64,000 nucleotides of DNA from a virus. Below are positions 26,916 to 37,561 of this stretch, piece after piece. The notes under the pieces are model-generated. The model was not told the origin of the DNA and did no database searches. It was given only the letters and a program-made list of their open reading frames with translations. Every line of letters starts with the position of its first letter. The stretch's first letter is position 1. The position numbers were made by a program, and so were the translations under genes. The DNA lies in the IMG/VR virus record IMGVR_UViG_3300035698_007281, positions 29,512 through 93,511 of that record; one strand, given 5' to 3'.

Positions 26916-27656
26916 ATGACTGACCAGACACCCCCGGCGAGCAACTGCCCGAAGTGCGGGGCGGGGAGACGAAAGCTCGATAAACACGAGAAGGAGAACC
27001 GCCGCCTCCACCGGCAACTATCCCAGGCCCAGGCCGAGATCGAGCGGATGCGTGTCGCGATTGAGATACAGCGGGACGCGATTGAGATACGCAATGGCGA
27101 CCTGGGCACGGCCCAGGCCCGCATCGCCGAACTGGAGGCCGAGCTAGCCCCTCGCCAGGTCGAGTGCCAGCACGCGGCAGGCGTGACGCACGACGCCACT
27201 GGTATCCCGTGCGTGTGGTGCGAGGTGGAGAGTCTGGAAGCTGACGCGAAATCCCGCGACGTGATCGAGAAGGCCCAGGCCGAACGAGCGAAGAGGTTGA
27301 TGGCCAAACTCGCCACGGCCCGGCGGGATGCGTTGGCCGTCTACATCCAGGAGCAGAGGGCATGGAGCGAGCGAACCTTTGGGCCTGGAATGCGGACGAT
27401 TGGTTTGACTCGACACATCCGGAAGGAGTTAATCGAAATCGCAGCAGACCCGCACGACGTGACCGAATGGATTGACGTTGTGATTCTGGCACTGGATGGG
27501 GCGTGGCGATGCGGTAAGACGCCTAAAGAAGTCGCCCTTGCTATGCTGGCAAAACAGGCAGTGAACTTCGCCCGTGAGTGGCCGCCGCCTGGGCCAGACG
27601 ACGAACCCAGCGAGCATGTCCGCGACCTCGTGGGGAAGGAGCGCACTGATGATTGA
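26916..27656 (+). CDS. coiled-coil protein with C-terminal DUF550-like (MazG-superfamily) dNTP pyrophosphohydrolase domain
   Basis: WSERTFGPG..HIRKELIEI..EWIDVVILALDGAWR..KQAVNFAREWP. Confidence 0.75.
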   Translation: MTDQTPPASNCPKCGAGRRKLDKHEKENRRLHRQLSQAQAEIERMRVAIEIQRDAIEIRNGDLGTAQARIAELEAELAPRQVECQHAAGVTHDATGIPCVWCEVESLEADAKSRDVIEKAQAERAKRLMAKLATARRDALAVYIQEQRAWSERTFGPGMRTIGLTRHIRKELIEIAADPHDVTEWIDVVILALDGAWRCGKTPKEVALAMLAKQAVNFAREWPPPGPDDEPSEHVRDLVGKERTDD

Positions 27657-27767
27657 GGCGCTACTCGTAGGCATAATACTCCAGATCTTCACCGTTGCTG
27701 TCTGCTTGACTGGTATCGCGAAGCCGTTGTCCCGTATCGCCGACGCGCTTGAGCGGAAGGAGAAGCC

Positions 27768-28157
27768 ATGACCCCCGACCAGGTACAGGCCCGCTGGGAC
27801 CGACAGACCGACGCCGAGAACAACGCCGACGTGGCCTTGAGGGTGATGGGGTGGCGAACGCGAGAGGTATTCGGGACCGTACTCGGATGGGAGTCTCCGC
27901 TAGGCGTCAAGCAGACGTACCCATCTCACTACACCACCGACCACAACCACGCCCACGAGGCCCTGGCGACGTTCTCTGGGGAAGGCTGGATGTGGTTCGT
28001 GTCACAGGGCGGCTGTAGCATCCACCGTGGCATTGAGCTATCGCCGGGTGACTGGGATGAGGATTGGGTGGTCCGGGCAAAACTCGCCGTCACCCCCGCC
28101 GCGATCTCCCTCGCCTGCCTCATGGCGATGGAGTGTGAGGAGAACGCCGATTACTGA
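27768..28157 (+). CDS. phage ABA-sandwich-like hypothetical protein
   Basis: VALRVMGW...PSHYTTD...AAISLACL pattern. Confidence 0.55.
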   Translation: MTPDQVQARWDRQTDAENNADVALRVMGWRTREVFGTVLGWESPLGVKQTYPSHYTTDHNHAHEALATFSGEGWMWFVSQGGCSIHRGIELSPGDWDEDWVVRAKLAVTPAAISLACLMAMECEENADY

Positions 28158-28237
28158 ACACCCGATACTGTTTTCCGCCCCGAATGACGAGCCCGGCGTG
28201 TGGCACAACGCGATCCCCGCCTACACCACCACCTGGT

Positions 28238-28278
28238 CCGGCTGGTCGAACTGAAGGAGACTCAACAATGAACCTGAT
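28238..28278 (+). repeat. 41-bp direct repeat, right copy
   Basis: Identical to 26819-26859. Confidence 0.95.
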
Positions 28279-28672
28279 CTGGAAACGATTCCGAACTGCC
28301 CGCCGGGTACTCGCCATCCTGGCCGTCGTATACATCCTGACCCTGATCGTCATGTCGGCCGGGTGTCATCCCGACCAGGGAATGACCTGGATCTCGGTCC
28401 GGGTGTCCGAGAACCCGGTACTGGTCAGGAAGACCATGGACGCCGACCGGGTGATCTTCAGCGCCGAGTACGCTGGGAGGATCGTGTCCATGACAATGAT
28501 GGGTGACGAACGCGCCGCCCTCTTCGCCGCCTCGGTCAAACCGGGAGACTGGGTGGTCGTCCGGGTGTACACCTCGGATCTAGGCAAGGGCAAGACCGAG
28601 TTTAACGCCTACGGGTTCCGCCGGATGATGCCCTCGGAGACTCAACCCACCACCCAGGAGACCGAACAATGA
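28268..28672 (+). CDS. putative lipoprotein
   Basis: Basic N-terminus, hydrophobic stretch, SAGC lipobox-like motif. Confidence 0.55.
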   Translation: MNLIWKRFRTARRVLAILAVVYILTLIVMSAGCHPDQGMTWISVRVSENPVLVRKTMDADRVIFSAEYAGRIVSMTMMGDERAALFAASVKPGDWVVVRVYTSDLGKGKTEFNAYGFRRMMPSETQPTTQETEQ

Positions 28673-29493
28673 ACCCCATTATGAAGAGACGCCTGGAGCG
28701 GTACAAGACGAACCACCCGATCACAAACAAACCGATCAAGCCCACGGCCGACCTGTCCGAGGTTCAGTTGTTGGGCCTACTCCTGAAGGAGGCCCGATTC
28801 ACCAATGCCCTGATCACGGCCTACATCGCCCTGTTCCTCCTCAGTGCCGCCGCTATGGCCGCCTGGGTGGCCTGGAGTTGAACCAATGCCCTATGTGACC
28901 GGAGACGGTGTTGAGATCACCATCGGCCTCACGGTGTGGTTCCACACCACCTCTTGGACGGGCAAGGATCTGAGGCAAGGGCGAGTCATGGAGATTGGCC
29001 AACCTCACTGGGCCAAGGAACCGATGGCCAAGGTCTCCAACTCCGGAGAAGCCGGGTTCCCGTCCTGGTGCGACATGGAGTGGATCTTCTTTGACAAGGA
29101 CAAGACAACGAACTGGTACGATGAACTCCCGTTCGAGGACTTCGAGGAGATCCAACCCAACGACACGTTGATCGCTAATTCGTTTTTTCGTATCTTCCCC
29201 TGAGAGGTTTACTGGACAATGAACGACAAGGATCTGATCAAGAAGTTGGCCCTATGCTTGCGGGAACTGACCGGAAGCTACAAGGACGCTGTGTCAGTGG
29301 GAACGGGTGGCCTGATGGATCTCCTGGTGTGTGGGGAGGATGTCAAGACCGCCTTCCACCTGATCAAGGAAGCCGAAGCCAATGAACCCGACGAGGTTCT
29401 CACAAGTTGTCCGAAATGTGCGAGTTGGAGTTGGGTGAGGAAAGATCGCCCCCGGCCATGTGATTCTACCTACTGCCTGAGGGCCAACTCTAA

Positions 29494-30828
29494 ATGAACA
29501 CCATCGAGATACCCTACACGCCCCACGCCCAACAAATGAAGGCCCACCAAGCCAAGGAACCGTACATCCTCTTCGGGGGTGCGGTAGGGGGAGGGAAGTC
29601 GGTGTGTCTGGTCAATGATGCCCTATACCGATCCATGTGGTGGTCAGGGAACCGGGTGGGTATATATCGTTGGGAGTACGCCTCATTCATGAAGACCACC
29701 TTCAAGACCCTGGAGGAATGGGTCTTCGGTGTCCCCGGCCTCGTCACCTACCACAACGAACAGAAGAAGGTGATCCGCCTGTGTAACGGGTCAGAGATCT
29801 TTTATGGGGGCCTGAAGCCCTCCTCCATGGTATCAGGAGATCCCCTGTCCGTGGTCAAGTCCCTGGAACTGTCCACAGCGTATCTCGACGAGGTCACCGA
29901 CTTCCCCGAGAACGTGTATTCATTTCTCCCGGCCCGTGTCGGCCGTGTTAAGTGCATGAACTCCCGAACGGGCATCAGAGAGTTTCCTCCTGCAAGGATA
30001 CTTGCGTCTTGCAACCCAGCCCTGGGGTGGGTCAAACTGAAGTGGGTTGATGAACCTGTATTAAAAGACCACGTATTTATTCCCTCGAAAGTCTCCGACA
30101 ACCCCTATCTGACGAAGGAGTACGAGGAGCGGTTGAGAGAAACATGGTCATCAACCCCCATGGACCTGGAGCGGTATCTTGATGGATCCTGGGACGCTGT
30201 AATCGATTACGAGGCGGTCTGCCCTGCGCCCTGGTTGACCCGTGCGACCAAGTTGTCCTATAGGCCTACCCGTGGGGATGTGGTGGCCTTCGGTGTTGAT
30301 GTGGGAGCGTATGGGAACGATAAGACCGTCGTGATCAAAAGGACAGGCCGAAAAGCGGAGATCCTCTACGAGGCCTCCTGTCAGTCAACCACCAAGACTA
30401 CCGCCGACATCGAGACCCTGGCCGGTATCCACAACCCATCCATCATCGTGGTCGATTCTATCGGTGTAGGCCAGGGCGTGTACGACTCCCTGAACGATGA
30501 CGGGTATCCCGTCTTTGGGTTCATCGGTGGAGCGAAGGCCCGAGACCCTCGGTTCCTGAACCTTCGTGCTGAAACCTACTGGGGCTTCCGGAACATGTTG
30601 GAGAAGGGCCTCGTGGACATCCCGGCCTCGGCGGCCCTGATCAACGACATCGGTGTGATCAAGTACACAAGGAACGCTTCGGACCGGGTCATCCAGATCG
30701 AGTCCAAGGGGGGTATCAAGAAGCGCCTGGGCAAGTCCCCTGACTACGCCGATGCCCTGATCTACGCCTACTATGGTGAAGGTTTCGAGTATGGGATCGG
30801 TGGAGTGTTCGGGGCCAGTGAAGGATGA
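29494..30828 (+). CDS. terL: terminase large subunit
   Basis: GGAVGGGKS, AYLDE, ASCNP, FGVDVG, KSPDYADAL. Confidence 0.92.
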   Translation: MNTIEIPYTPHAQQMKAHQAKEPYILFGGAVGGGKSVCLVNDALYRSMWWSGNRVGIYRWEYASFMKTTFKTLEEWVFGVPGLVTYHNEQKKVIRLCNGSEIFYGGLKPSSMVSGDPLSVVKSLELSTAYLDEVTDFPENVYSFLPARVGRVKCMNSRTGIREFPPARILASCNPALGWVKLKWVDEPVLKDHVFIPSKVSDNPYLTKEYEERLRETWSSTPMDLERYLDGSWDAVIDYEAVCPAPWLTRATKLSYRPTRGDVVAFGVDVGAYGNDKTVVIKRTGRKAEILYEASCQSTTKTTADIETLAGIHNPSIIVVDSIGVGQGVYDSLNDDGYPVFGFIGGAKARDPRFLNLRAETYWGFRNMLEKGLVDIPASAALINDIGVIKYTRNASDRVIQIESKGGIKKRLGKSPDYADALIYAYYGEGFEYGIGGVFGASEG

Positions 30829-31071
30829 ACCTGTGAAAGGAACAGAGCGATGACGAAAACCGAACTGATTGTGGCCTCCACGAGGATCTGTGTCCGGTGT
30901 GGGGGAACGGGGTGGATCTCCAGGACGTGTACCGCTACGGTGGCCCCAGGCTGATCTTCCGCCTGGGTACGTTATGCGCCCAGGCCCCCAGGCCATGCCC
31001 CTGTGTGAGGACCAACCAGGGTGAATCCGAGGGGGATGTTTTCCAGGCCGGATAATAATTTGAGATTATCC

Positions 31072-31100
31072 TTGACATCCTGAGGGCCTTGGCCGATAAT
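31072..31100 (+). promoter_or_regulatory. early promoter, copy 8
   Basis: TTGACA-N17-GATAAT with AT-rich upstream element. Confidence 0.85.
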
Positions 31101-31151
31101 GCTTACATGAGCATTAACGAACACAATGAAACGCCCAAAGGAACCAAGGCC

Positions 31152-31439
31152 ATGAAACTGACCGACCTCGAAACCAAGATGATCCTGAACATCGCCCTGA
31201 ACAACTTCCAGGATGACCCCAACTACGCCAACCCCGTCTGGGCCGATTGCCTCGTCTTCGAGGGTCCATTCAACGAGATCAAGGACAACCAGATCGGCGG
31301 GATCGTTTCCAGCCTGACCAAAAAGGGGCTCGCCAGGGCCGAAGGCGAGAACCGGGACGCCATCACCTCACTGACCGAAGCCGGACAGGCCCAGGCCAAG
31401 ATCCTGGTCCCCGAGTTCCGGGCCTCCCTGGCCGTCTGA
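31152..31439 (+). CDS. small wHTH-like early protein
   Basis: GGIVSSLTKKGL...SLTEAG. Confidence 0.6.
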   Translation: MKLTDLETKMILNIALNNFQDDPNYANPVWADCLVFEGPFNEIKDNQIGGIVSSLTKKGLARAEGENRDAITSLTEAGQAQAKILVPEFRASLAV

Positions 31440-31472
31440 ACCTCCACACTGAACCTTCAAAGGGACACAACC

Positions 31473-31757
31473 ATGACCAACTCGACCTGGACCAACTACG
31501 CCGATCCCATCACCGAGGCCTTCCCCGCCGTCCACGGGTTCAAGGTCGTCCTCCTGTGTGGTGGCCGTCGTGACGTGGTCGTCGTGTCGTCCGGGGGTAT
31601 CGAGTTCGATTACGAGGCCGTTGACGTGGCCGTTGCCGCCGGTCGCCTCGGCTACCCTGGCCAGGAGGTCAAGTGGGTCGAGATGTCCTCCGTTGGGACA
31701 TGGTGTCCGACTGGTCACAATGCCAACGAGGAGGGGACGGCTATCTGGGCCGACTGA
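31473..31757 (+). CDS. early hypothetical protein
   Basis: AAAGGGA RBS; followed by a hairpin. Confidence 0.55.
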   Translation: MTNSTWTNYADPITEAFPAVHGFKVVLLCGGRRDVVVVSSGGIEFDYEAVDVAVAAGRLGYPGQEVKWVEMSSVGTWCPTGHNANEEGTAIWAD

Positions 31758-31784
31758 CCCCACGCAACCAGGAAACCAAACCCG

Positions 31785-31823
31785 CCCCGACCCCCTGTGA
31801 ATAGGGGGCCGGGGTTTTGCTTT
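31785..31823 (+). terminator. rho-independent terminator
   Basis: GC-rich stem CCCCGACCCCCT/AGGGGGCCGGGG followed by TTTTGCTTT. Confidence 0.6.
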
Positions 31824-31933
31824 CCAGGGGGTAAGCAAACAACCACGGGCCAACCTCAACTCGGAACCCCCTCTTGTCCGATTGGAGGGATAGGAAGGTC
31901 CGCAACCTGGACCCTACCAAAGGAGAACCCGAC

Positions 31934-32365
31934 ATGAACTTCCAGGCCCCCTGCAAGACAATCACCGTTGAGACCTCCAACAAGGAGACCTTTAGCTTCA
32001 CCCACCTCCTGATCAAGCTGACCTCTCGGAAGTTCCTGGTGGCCGTCGGTGTGTTGGTGGGTGGCCTGATCAAGGTCTTCACACGATCCAACGACCCCGA
32101 GAACATCGATCAGGTAGTGACCCTGACCTGCGCCGTGGGGGCTGCCATCGCCCCGATTGTCTACATCCTGGCCGAGGGCAAGGCCGACCGGGAACGGGAG
32201 CAGTACCTCCAGGAACATCAGGAGGACGTGGATCTCGACCTGAGTGATGGAGACCGGGAAGCCCTGGCCGCCGAACTGGGCCTCGGTGGTATCGAGCCGC
32301 CCCCCACTTGGGGTGGTCAGATTCCGCTGGGTGATGAACTCGACAAGGAACATCCCCCGGCCTGA
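31934..32365 (+). CDS. holin-like membrane protein
   Basis: KLTSRKFLVAV, two TM segments, YILAEG. Confidence 0.6.
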   Translation: MNFQAPCKTITVETSNKETFSFTHLLIKLTSRKFLVAVGVLVGGLIKVFTRSNDPENIDQVVTLTCAVGAAIAPIVYILAEGKADREREQYLQEHQEDVDLDLSDGDREALAAELGLGGIEPPPTWGGQIPLGDELDKEHPPA

Positions 32366-32395
32366 ACCCCTACACTGAAACCCCCGAGGTAATAC

Positions 32396-34078
32396 ATGAC
32401 CGACCGAACCCGCCTATCGAAAAACGCTCCTGTGGCCAAACGGAGGACGCCCTCCGATCAACCCGCCGCCGCCGATGCCCGAGAGGCCCTGAGGGTGATG
32501 GATCCGCCCTCGGCTGATGAACTCGAACACATCCTCGGCAACGTCTCCGACGAGGCCCTGGCCAAGGCGTCCATGTCCGCCGCCATCGCCGTACAGGGGA
32601 TGTACGAGACCGGCAAGGCCCTCAAAAACCCTGAGACCGTTGAGGACTGGATCGCCCTGTACCATGACCACGTCTGGGCCTACGCTGGGATCTACGCCAT
32701 CGCCTCGACCATCTCCCGGCTGGAAGTCCAACTCTATCAGAAGCCGAAGAAGGGTCAACTCGACGAGGACGGCCAACCGGCCGGACCGATCCGGATCTAC
32801 GACCACCCGATCCTGGACCGCCTCCAGAAACCGAACGATTCCCAAACCGGGTACGACCTCATGGAGATGTTGGTGATCTACCTGGAGACCGCCGGTGAGG
32901 GGTACTGGGAGGTGGTGTGGGGGCGCGAGGCCAAGGTCCAGGTCACAACCGGGAAGCGGATCGTCCCGAAGACCGGCCTGAACATCCCGACCGAACTCTA
33001 CAACATCAGGCCGTCCAGGATCACACCTCGGCCCGACAAGGCCGGGAAGGGTATCAAGGAGTATGTGTACCAACTGAAAATGTATGCCAAGAAACACGAG
33101 TTCTCCAGGGATCAGGTCATCCCATTCATGTACGCCAACCCCCTCCAGGACTGGGCCGGTCAAGGTTCACTGGAGGCCGCCGTGGATGACCTCCGTGGCG
33201 ACAAACAGATGGCCCAGTGGAACAACGATTTCTTCAAGAACGGGGCGACCCCCGAGGGGATCATCCGGACTGACCAAAACATGACCGTCAACGAACTGAA
33301 GGTCATCGGCGCGCAGATCCGCCAGTTCCTCAAGGGCAAGGGGCGGAACATCCTCCTCCTGACCAAAGGCCTGGAGTGGCAAACGATCTCTCTGGATCCG
33401 AAGGACGTGGACTTCCTGGAGGGGCGCAAAGCCAAGCGCGAGGCCATCCTGGCCTGTCTGGGTGTGCCTCCCTGCAAGGTCGGCCTCCTCGATTCGGCCA
33501 AGTACGACAACTACCGCCTCCAACTCTCCGCGTTCGCCCAGGACACCGTGATCCCGAAGGTCCGGAAACTGGAGAGCGTCTTCAACTGCTACCTCGCCCC
33601 CCTGTATTCTGTCGAGAAACTCCTCCCGCCTGGGTTCGCCGGGCTGACAGCAATCCAGCAAAAGACGGCCCTGACCAGGGCCAAGGAACTCGCCCTCGTC
33701 GATGAAACGGACAACGCCACACACTACCTGACAATTGACGTGGGTCCGATCACTCGTGAGGACGAGGACAAGCTGACTGACCGGTTGGTCAAACAGATGG
33801 AGACCGGTCTGGTCACACCGGATGAGGCCCGCGAAGTCCTGGGCCGGAAGGCGTGGAAGGGCCAGAAGGGCGGGGACAAGTTCTACATGAAGACCACCCT
33901 TACCGAGGTGGGGACGGTTCCCGCCGGAGGGGAGACCGGGCTGGAAGGCCAAAGCGACATCATGTCCAAACGCCTGGAATCCCTGGAGCATGGTCTGACC
34001 GAGGAACTGGGCCTGATCAAGGCGGAACTGATCGAGATCATCGCCGCCGAGGTGACCAGACGGGTCCGAGAGGCCTGA
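32396..34078 (+). CDS. HK97-type portal protein
   Basis: VWAYAGIYAIA, FFKNGATPEGII, DVDFLEGRK..REAILACLGVPP, TPDEAREVLG. Confidence 0.92.
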   Translation: MTDRTRLSKNAPVAKRRTPSDQPAAADAREALRVMDPPSADELEHILGNVSDEALAKASMSAAIAVQGMYETGKALKNPETVEDWIALYHDHVWAYAGIYAIASTISRLEVQLYQKPKKGQLDEDGQPAGPIRIYDHPILDRLQKPNDSQTGYDLMEMLVIYLETAGEGYWEVVWGREAKVQVTTGKRIVPKTGLNIPTELYNIRPSRITPRPDKAGKGIKEYVYQLKMYAKKHEFSRDQVIPFMYANPLQDWAGQGSLEAAVDDLRGDKQMAQWNNDFFKNGATPEGIIRTDQNMTVNELKVIGAQIRQFLKGKGRNILLLTKGLEWQTISLDPKDVDFLEGRKAKREAILACLGVPPCKVGLLDSAKYDNYRLQLSAFAQDTVIPKVRKLESVFNCYLAPLYSVEKLLPPGFAGLTAIQQKTALTRAKELALVDETDNATHYLTIDVGPITREDEDKLTDRLVKQMETGLVTPDEAREVLGRKAWKGQKGGDKFYMKTTLTEVGTVPAGGETGLEGQSDIMSKRLESLEHGLTEELGLIKAELIEIIAAEVTRRVREA

Positions 34079-34097
34079 TCTCCTGGAGAGACCCCCG

Positions 34098-34520
34098 ATG
34101 GACCTTGCAACCAAGAAGATCAACGAGAAACGCCTCAGGGGAGACCTTGGGGCCATCTCGACGGTGTTGGACCAGATCCGGGAGAACAAGTACCTCACGG
34201 TGGAGGTCAAGGAGGGGGATGACACCCAAGCCGTCCTGGTCCATCCGGGTCTCCTGGCGTTCCTGGTGGACATGTATGACCGCCTGTGTGAGGCCCAGGC
34301 CACGCCGGATTGGGGGGCGTTGCGGGCTGAGTCCCGTAAGTTCAAACGAATCGCCGCCTCGGTGACAAGGGAGTTGGCTAAGATGGGGGGTGCGGAGAGG
34401 ATCTCCGAGGATCTGTGGACGGAGATCAAGACCAGTATCTTCGAGGCCATCGAGGGGGGCCAGGAAGTCTGGACCGAGAACCGTGACCCTGTGAACGTCT
34501 TCGCCCCCACTGGAGAGTGA
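34098..34520 (+). CDS. hypothetical protein
   Basis: GGAG RBS, co-directional ORF. Confidence 0.55.
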   Translation: MDLATKKINEKRLRGDLGAISTVLDQIRENKYLTVEVKEGDDTQAVLVHPGLLAFLVDMYDRLCEAQATPDWGALRAESRKFKRIAASVTRELAKMGGAERISEDLWTEIKTSIFEAIEGGQEVWTENRDPVNVFAPTGE

Positions 34521-35158
34521 TCCCTGTGAATGATATTGGCCGTATGATCGAGAATGGTGGGAGCGGGCCTGAGTGGTGCAATCGGCCCCCCGCTGTGAAA
34601 CCAGACCCCAACCACGAGAATGACCGGCGCGGCACAAGGGAGAGATGGTTTACCATCCTACCCTTCATCCAGGGGGATGATGTCCTTGATGTGGGATGCG
34701 CCCATGGGGATGGGTACAGGTTCCTCCCGGAGGGAACGTGGTATACCGGGGTGGACATCAACGCCGAGAAGATCCCGTTCCGGTCGAGGTACTGGTGGCA
34801 ATTGGAAGAGGGGCCGATGGTCACCATGTACGAGGCCGACATCCGGTCTGTCCTGGCCGAGTCATACCGCCTGATGCTAGGCAACCTGTGGTCCACCATC
34901 GTGGCCCTGGAGATCATCGAACACGTCGAGGACGGGCTGGCCCTGGCCCAAACCCTCCGGGGGTATGGGGAGCGGGTCATCATCTCGGTTCCCAAAAACC
35001 GGTCAGGGCCACAAGAGATCCGGAACGGTCACGTCCTAATGAACCTCACCGCTGAAGATTTTCCGGGGTACGTTGAGATCCCTGGTTTGGTAGCCGGGTC
35101 ACTGGTCATGTTGTGCGACCGAGGAGAGGTTGATGTCGAAGGACTACCCGAAGCCTGA
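34517..35158 (+). CDS. class I SAM-dependent methyltransferase
   Basis: VLDVGCAHG, YTGVDIN, ALEIIEHV, IISVP. Confidence 0.8.
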   Translation: MIPVNDIGRMIENGGSGPEWCNRPPAVKPDPNHENDRRGTRERWFTILPFIQGDDVLDVGCAHGDGYRFLPEGTWYTGVDINAEKIPFRSRYWWQLEEGPMVTMYEADIRSVLAESYRLMLGNLWSTIVALEIIEHVEDGLALAQTLRGYGERVIISVPKNRSGPQEIRNGHVLMNLTAEDFPGYVEIPGLVAGSLVMLCDRGEVDVEGLPEA

Positions 35159-35552
35159 GTTCAACAAACGGTGGAAATGGTTCTTGAAGGAGATGCGGGT
35201 CCAGGACTGGATCGTGGATCTTGACATCAACCCACACGAGCCGACGGCCTTCTCCTTCGAGGCCGATCCTGACGGCGGGGTGTACCTGGGGTTTTGTTCA
35301 TCTCACCAACTCGACAAGGTGGCGAGGATCTGGGTCTCCCCGGCCAAGTGTGTCGCCAACTCTGAGAACCTCTATGAGGTGTTGTTCCACGAGTTGGTCC
35401 ACATGGTCTGTCGGGATGTGGGGATCGACGATGACAGCGACCCCCGGAAGGAGTTTGTCTGGGATCGGCTGGCCGCCGTGATGGAGTCCGCCTATTTGGC
35501 CCAGGTCCGCCCGAAGGTCGCCAAGAAGAAGGTCAGGAAAAAATCCAGGTGA
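35133..35552 (+). CDS. HExxH metallopeptidase-like protein
   Basis: VLFHELVH. Confidence 0.55.
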   Translation: MSKDYPKPEFNKRWKWFLKEMRVQDWIVDLDINPHEPTAFSFEADPDGGVYLGFCSSHQLDKVARIWVSPAKCVANSENLYEVLFHELVHMVCRDVGIDDDSDPRKEFVWDRLAAVMESAYLAQVRPKVAKKKVRKKSR

Positions 35553-35605
35553 TCCTCGGTGAGGTCGGTATAATGCCTTGACGCCCTAACAAGGAGACCG
35601 ACCTG

Positions 35606-36028
35606 ATGAAGAAGAAAATATTCACACTGGAACAACTCCAAAGCTACGCCCCCTGCAAACAACATTTCCTGATACATGACAGGCTCATACGCAACATCGG
35701 CGGGGAACTTCCCATCACCCGGAAGGATGTCCTCAAGTATCTCAAGGCTTGGAAACGCCTCTTGAAGAAGGAGGATGACTGGTCTGAAAGAATAGCGTAT
35801 GGCCTGTCGTGGGTTCTGTGTCGTGTTGTGTCCCACAAAGCCGGTGTCAACCTCTGTTATTACGAGGAATGGCTTTACCTGAAATGGGCCAAAGAAAGGG
35901 AACCTTATTACAAGCCCCTGGCCTTCAAACGGCCGATGACTAGCGAGAAGTATCTGACTAAACTCACCAACCGGTTCGTCTGGTTGATCAAGAAGCCCAA
36001 GGGCTTCATACCTCCAACAAGGAGTTGA
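35606..36028 (+). CDS. hypothetical protein (lower GC)
   Basis: AAGGAG RBS and upstream TATAAT. Confidence 0.55.
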   Translation: MKKKIFTLEQLQSYAPCKQHFLIHDRLIRNIGGELPITRKDVLKYLKAWKRLLKKEDDWSERIAYGLSWVLCRVVSHKAGVNLCYYEEWLYLKWAKEREPYYKPLAFKRPMTSEKYLTKLTNRFVWLIKKPKGFIPPTRS

Positions 36029-36143
36029 ACATGAACAACGAGACACCGAAGGTGGTTCAGATTCAGCGGACCTACCGCGATGTGATTTTCTTCCTCTTCA
36101 AGGTGGCGGTGATTGTCGCCGTCATCAAGATCTGGTTGGTGTC

Positions 36144-36752
36144 GTGAGACGCCTGATCGTCAACCTGTACGAAGACCCTAAACGGGGTGACGAGATGTTA
36201 GAGACCCTGGTGAAGAATGCCGGGGTCTTCGATCAACTCCTGATCTTCACCTCCGGAAAAGTGGCCTGTGAAAGGCTTATGTATAGTACCAATCTGACCA
36301 ACTTTGAGGTGGTCAGTGAGGACCGGCCGACGTTCCGGGATTACTTCGTCTGGGCCAACTCCGTGTCTGGAGCGTGGGATCTGAACGTTGTCGCCAATGT
36401 GGACATCGAGGTTTCCAAGGAAGCCCTGGTCGAGATCGACAACCGGACTCATGAGGGGGCGTGTCTGGCCCTCAGTCGATGGGATACTAGGAGGGGCCTG
36501 GACGGTGAACCCGTTGAGGTTATCCATGGGGGGACCGACCTATGGTCCTTCCGTGGCCTGATCAGGATACCGGAGAGGTCGGTCTTCCCTCTGGGCCTGT
36601 TTCCCTGTGACTACGCCATCAACCACTCACTCCTCGGCAAGGGGTACGTCATGACCAACCCCGCCAAATCGATCAAGTTGTATCACCGCCACACACCCCA
36701 CATTTACGACTTCGATGACGGGTTTATCTCCAGACCGGATATCACCGAATGA
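36144..36752 (+). CDS. GT-A-like hypothetical protein
   Basis: RPTF..VVANVDI..ALSRWD..DLWSF..CD..NP..LYHRH pattern. Confidence 0.45.
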   Translation: MRRLIVNLYEDPKRGDEMLETLVKNAGVFDQLLIFTSGKVACERLMYSTNLTNFEVVSEDRPTFRDYFVWANSVSGAWDLNVVANVDIEVSKEALVEIDNRTHEGACLALSRWDTRRGLDGEPVEVIHGGTDLWSFRGLIRIPERSVFPLGLFPCDYAINHSLLGKGYVMTNPAKSIKLYHRHTPHIYDFDDGFISRPDITE

Positions 36753-37027
36753 ACCAACCACCCAAGACAATCTTCCTCCAGACCGACGGGAAACCGTGGG
36801 ATGAACTTGAGAACACCTACGGTGATATCACTTGGTGCAGTTCGGCGATGGAAGGCGGGGACGAGCAATACATCCAAATGTCCGAGGTCGAGGATATACT
36901 ACAGAAAGGCATCCAGGCCTTCCGGGATGGAAGCTCAGGAGGCGATATCAGTAGTCTGATCGCCAACCATATCGAACTCCTCTTCCTGAGATTGAAGGCC
37001 GTTACCAATCAAGAAGGAGATTGAACA

Positions 37028-37561
37028 ATGAAACTGCCCGGAGACATCACAATCTTGATGAGTGAGGAAGGCGCGAGTTTGCAAATTAACGACCGCCTGT
37101 CCCGTGAGATGTTGTTGTGTGTTGAGATCGAACCGAAGGACTTCACCGCCCTGATGGGTCGGATGGCCTCGATCCACGTAGACCTCGACCTAACCGACAA
37201 ACTACAACGGGTCGGTAAATATATGGAGTGGAAGACGTTCACCTTCTTGATGCCGGAGGGGGTAGAATACGGCCCCAAACGACAGGCCCTGGCCTGGAAG
37301 GCCCTTCAGGAACAATGTCCCGAAGGGTGGACCCCGTCCGATAGTTTCAACTCCCAGGATTCGTTCTTCCACAAGGAGGATCAGTTTTGGGCGAGGGGCC
37401 ACATCCGCCGATGGGTTGATGTGGATGACGGCGTCTGCCCTGAGTGTGGGATCGAAAAGGCTTGGCGGGGTAAGGGTGCGGACCACAAGTTGGGTGGGAT
37501 GGAGTGTTGGGATTACGCAAGGGAAAACCCGAAGGTGGCCGACTGGGTGGACAAGACATGA
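37028..37561 (+). CDS. hypothetical protein
   Basis: AAGGAG RBS. Confidence 0.55.
   Translation: MKLPGDITILMSEEGASLQINDRLSREMLLCVEIEPKDFTALMGRMASIHVDLDLTDKLQRVGKYMEWKTFTFLMPEGVEYGPKRQALAWKALQEQCPEGWTPSDSFNSQDSFFHKEDQFWARGHIRRWVDVDDGVCPECGIEKAWRGKGADHKLGGMECWDYARENPKVADWVDKT

Noticed and set aside
26916-27656. Z-genome (2-aminoadenine) pathway implied by the DUF550-like gene
   Set aside because: No PurZ homolog in the window; DUF550 also occurs in phages without it
9880-31160. Systematic leaderless translation from ATG/GTG at early transcription starts
   Set aside because: In frame with the downstream gene in only about half the copies; T-poor leaders lack stops anyway
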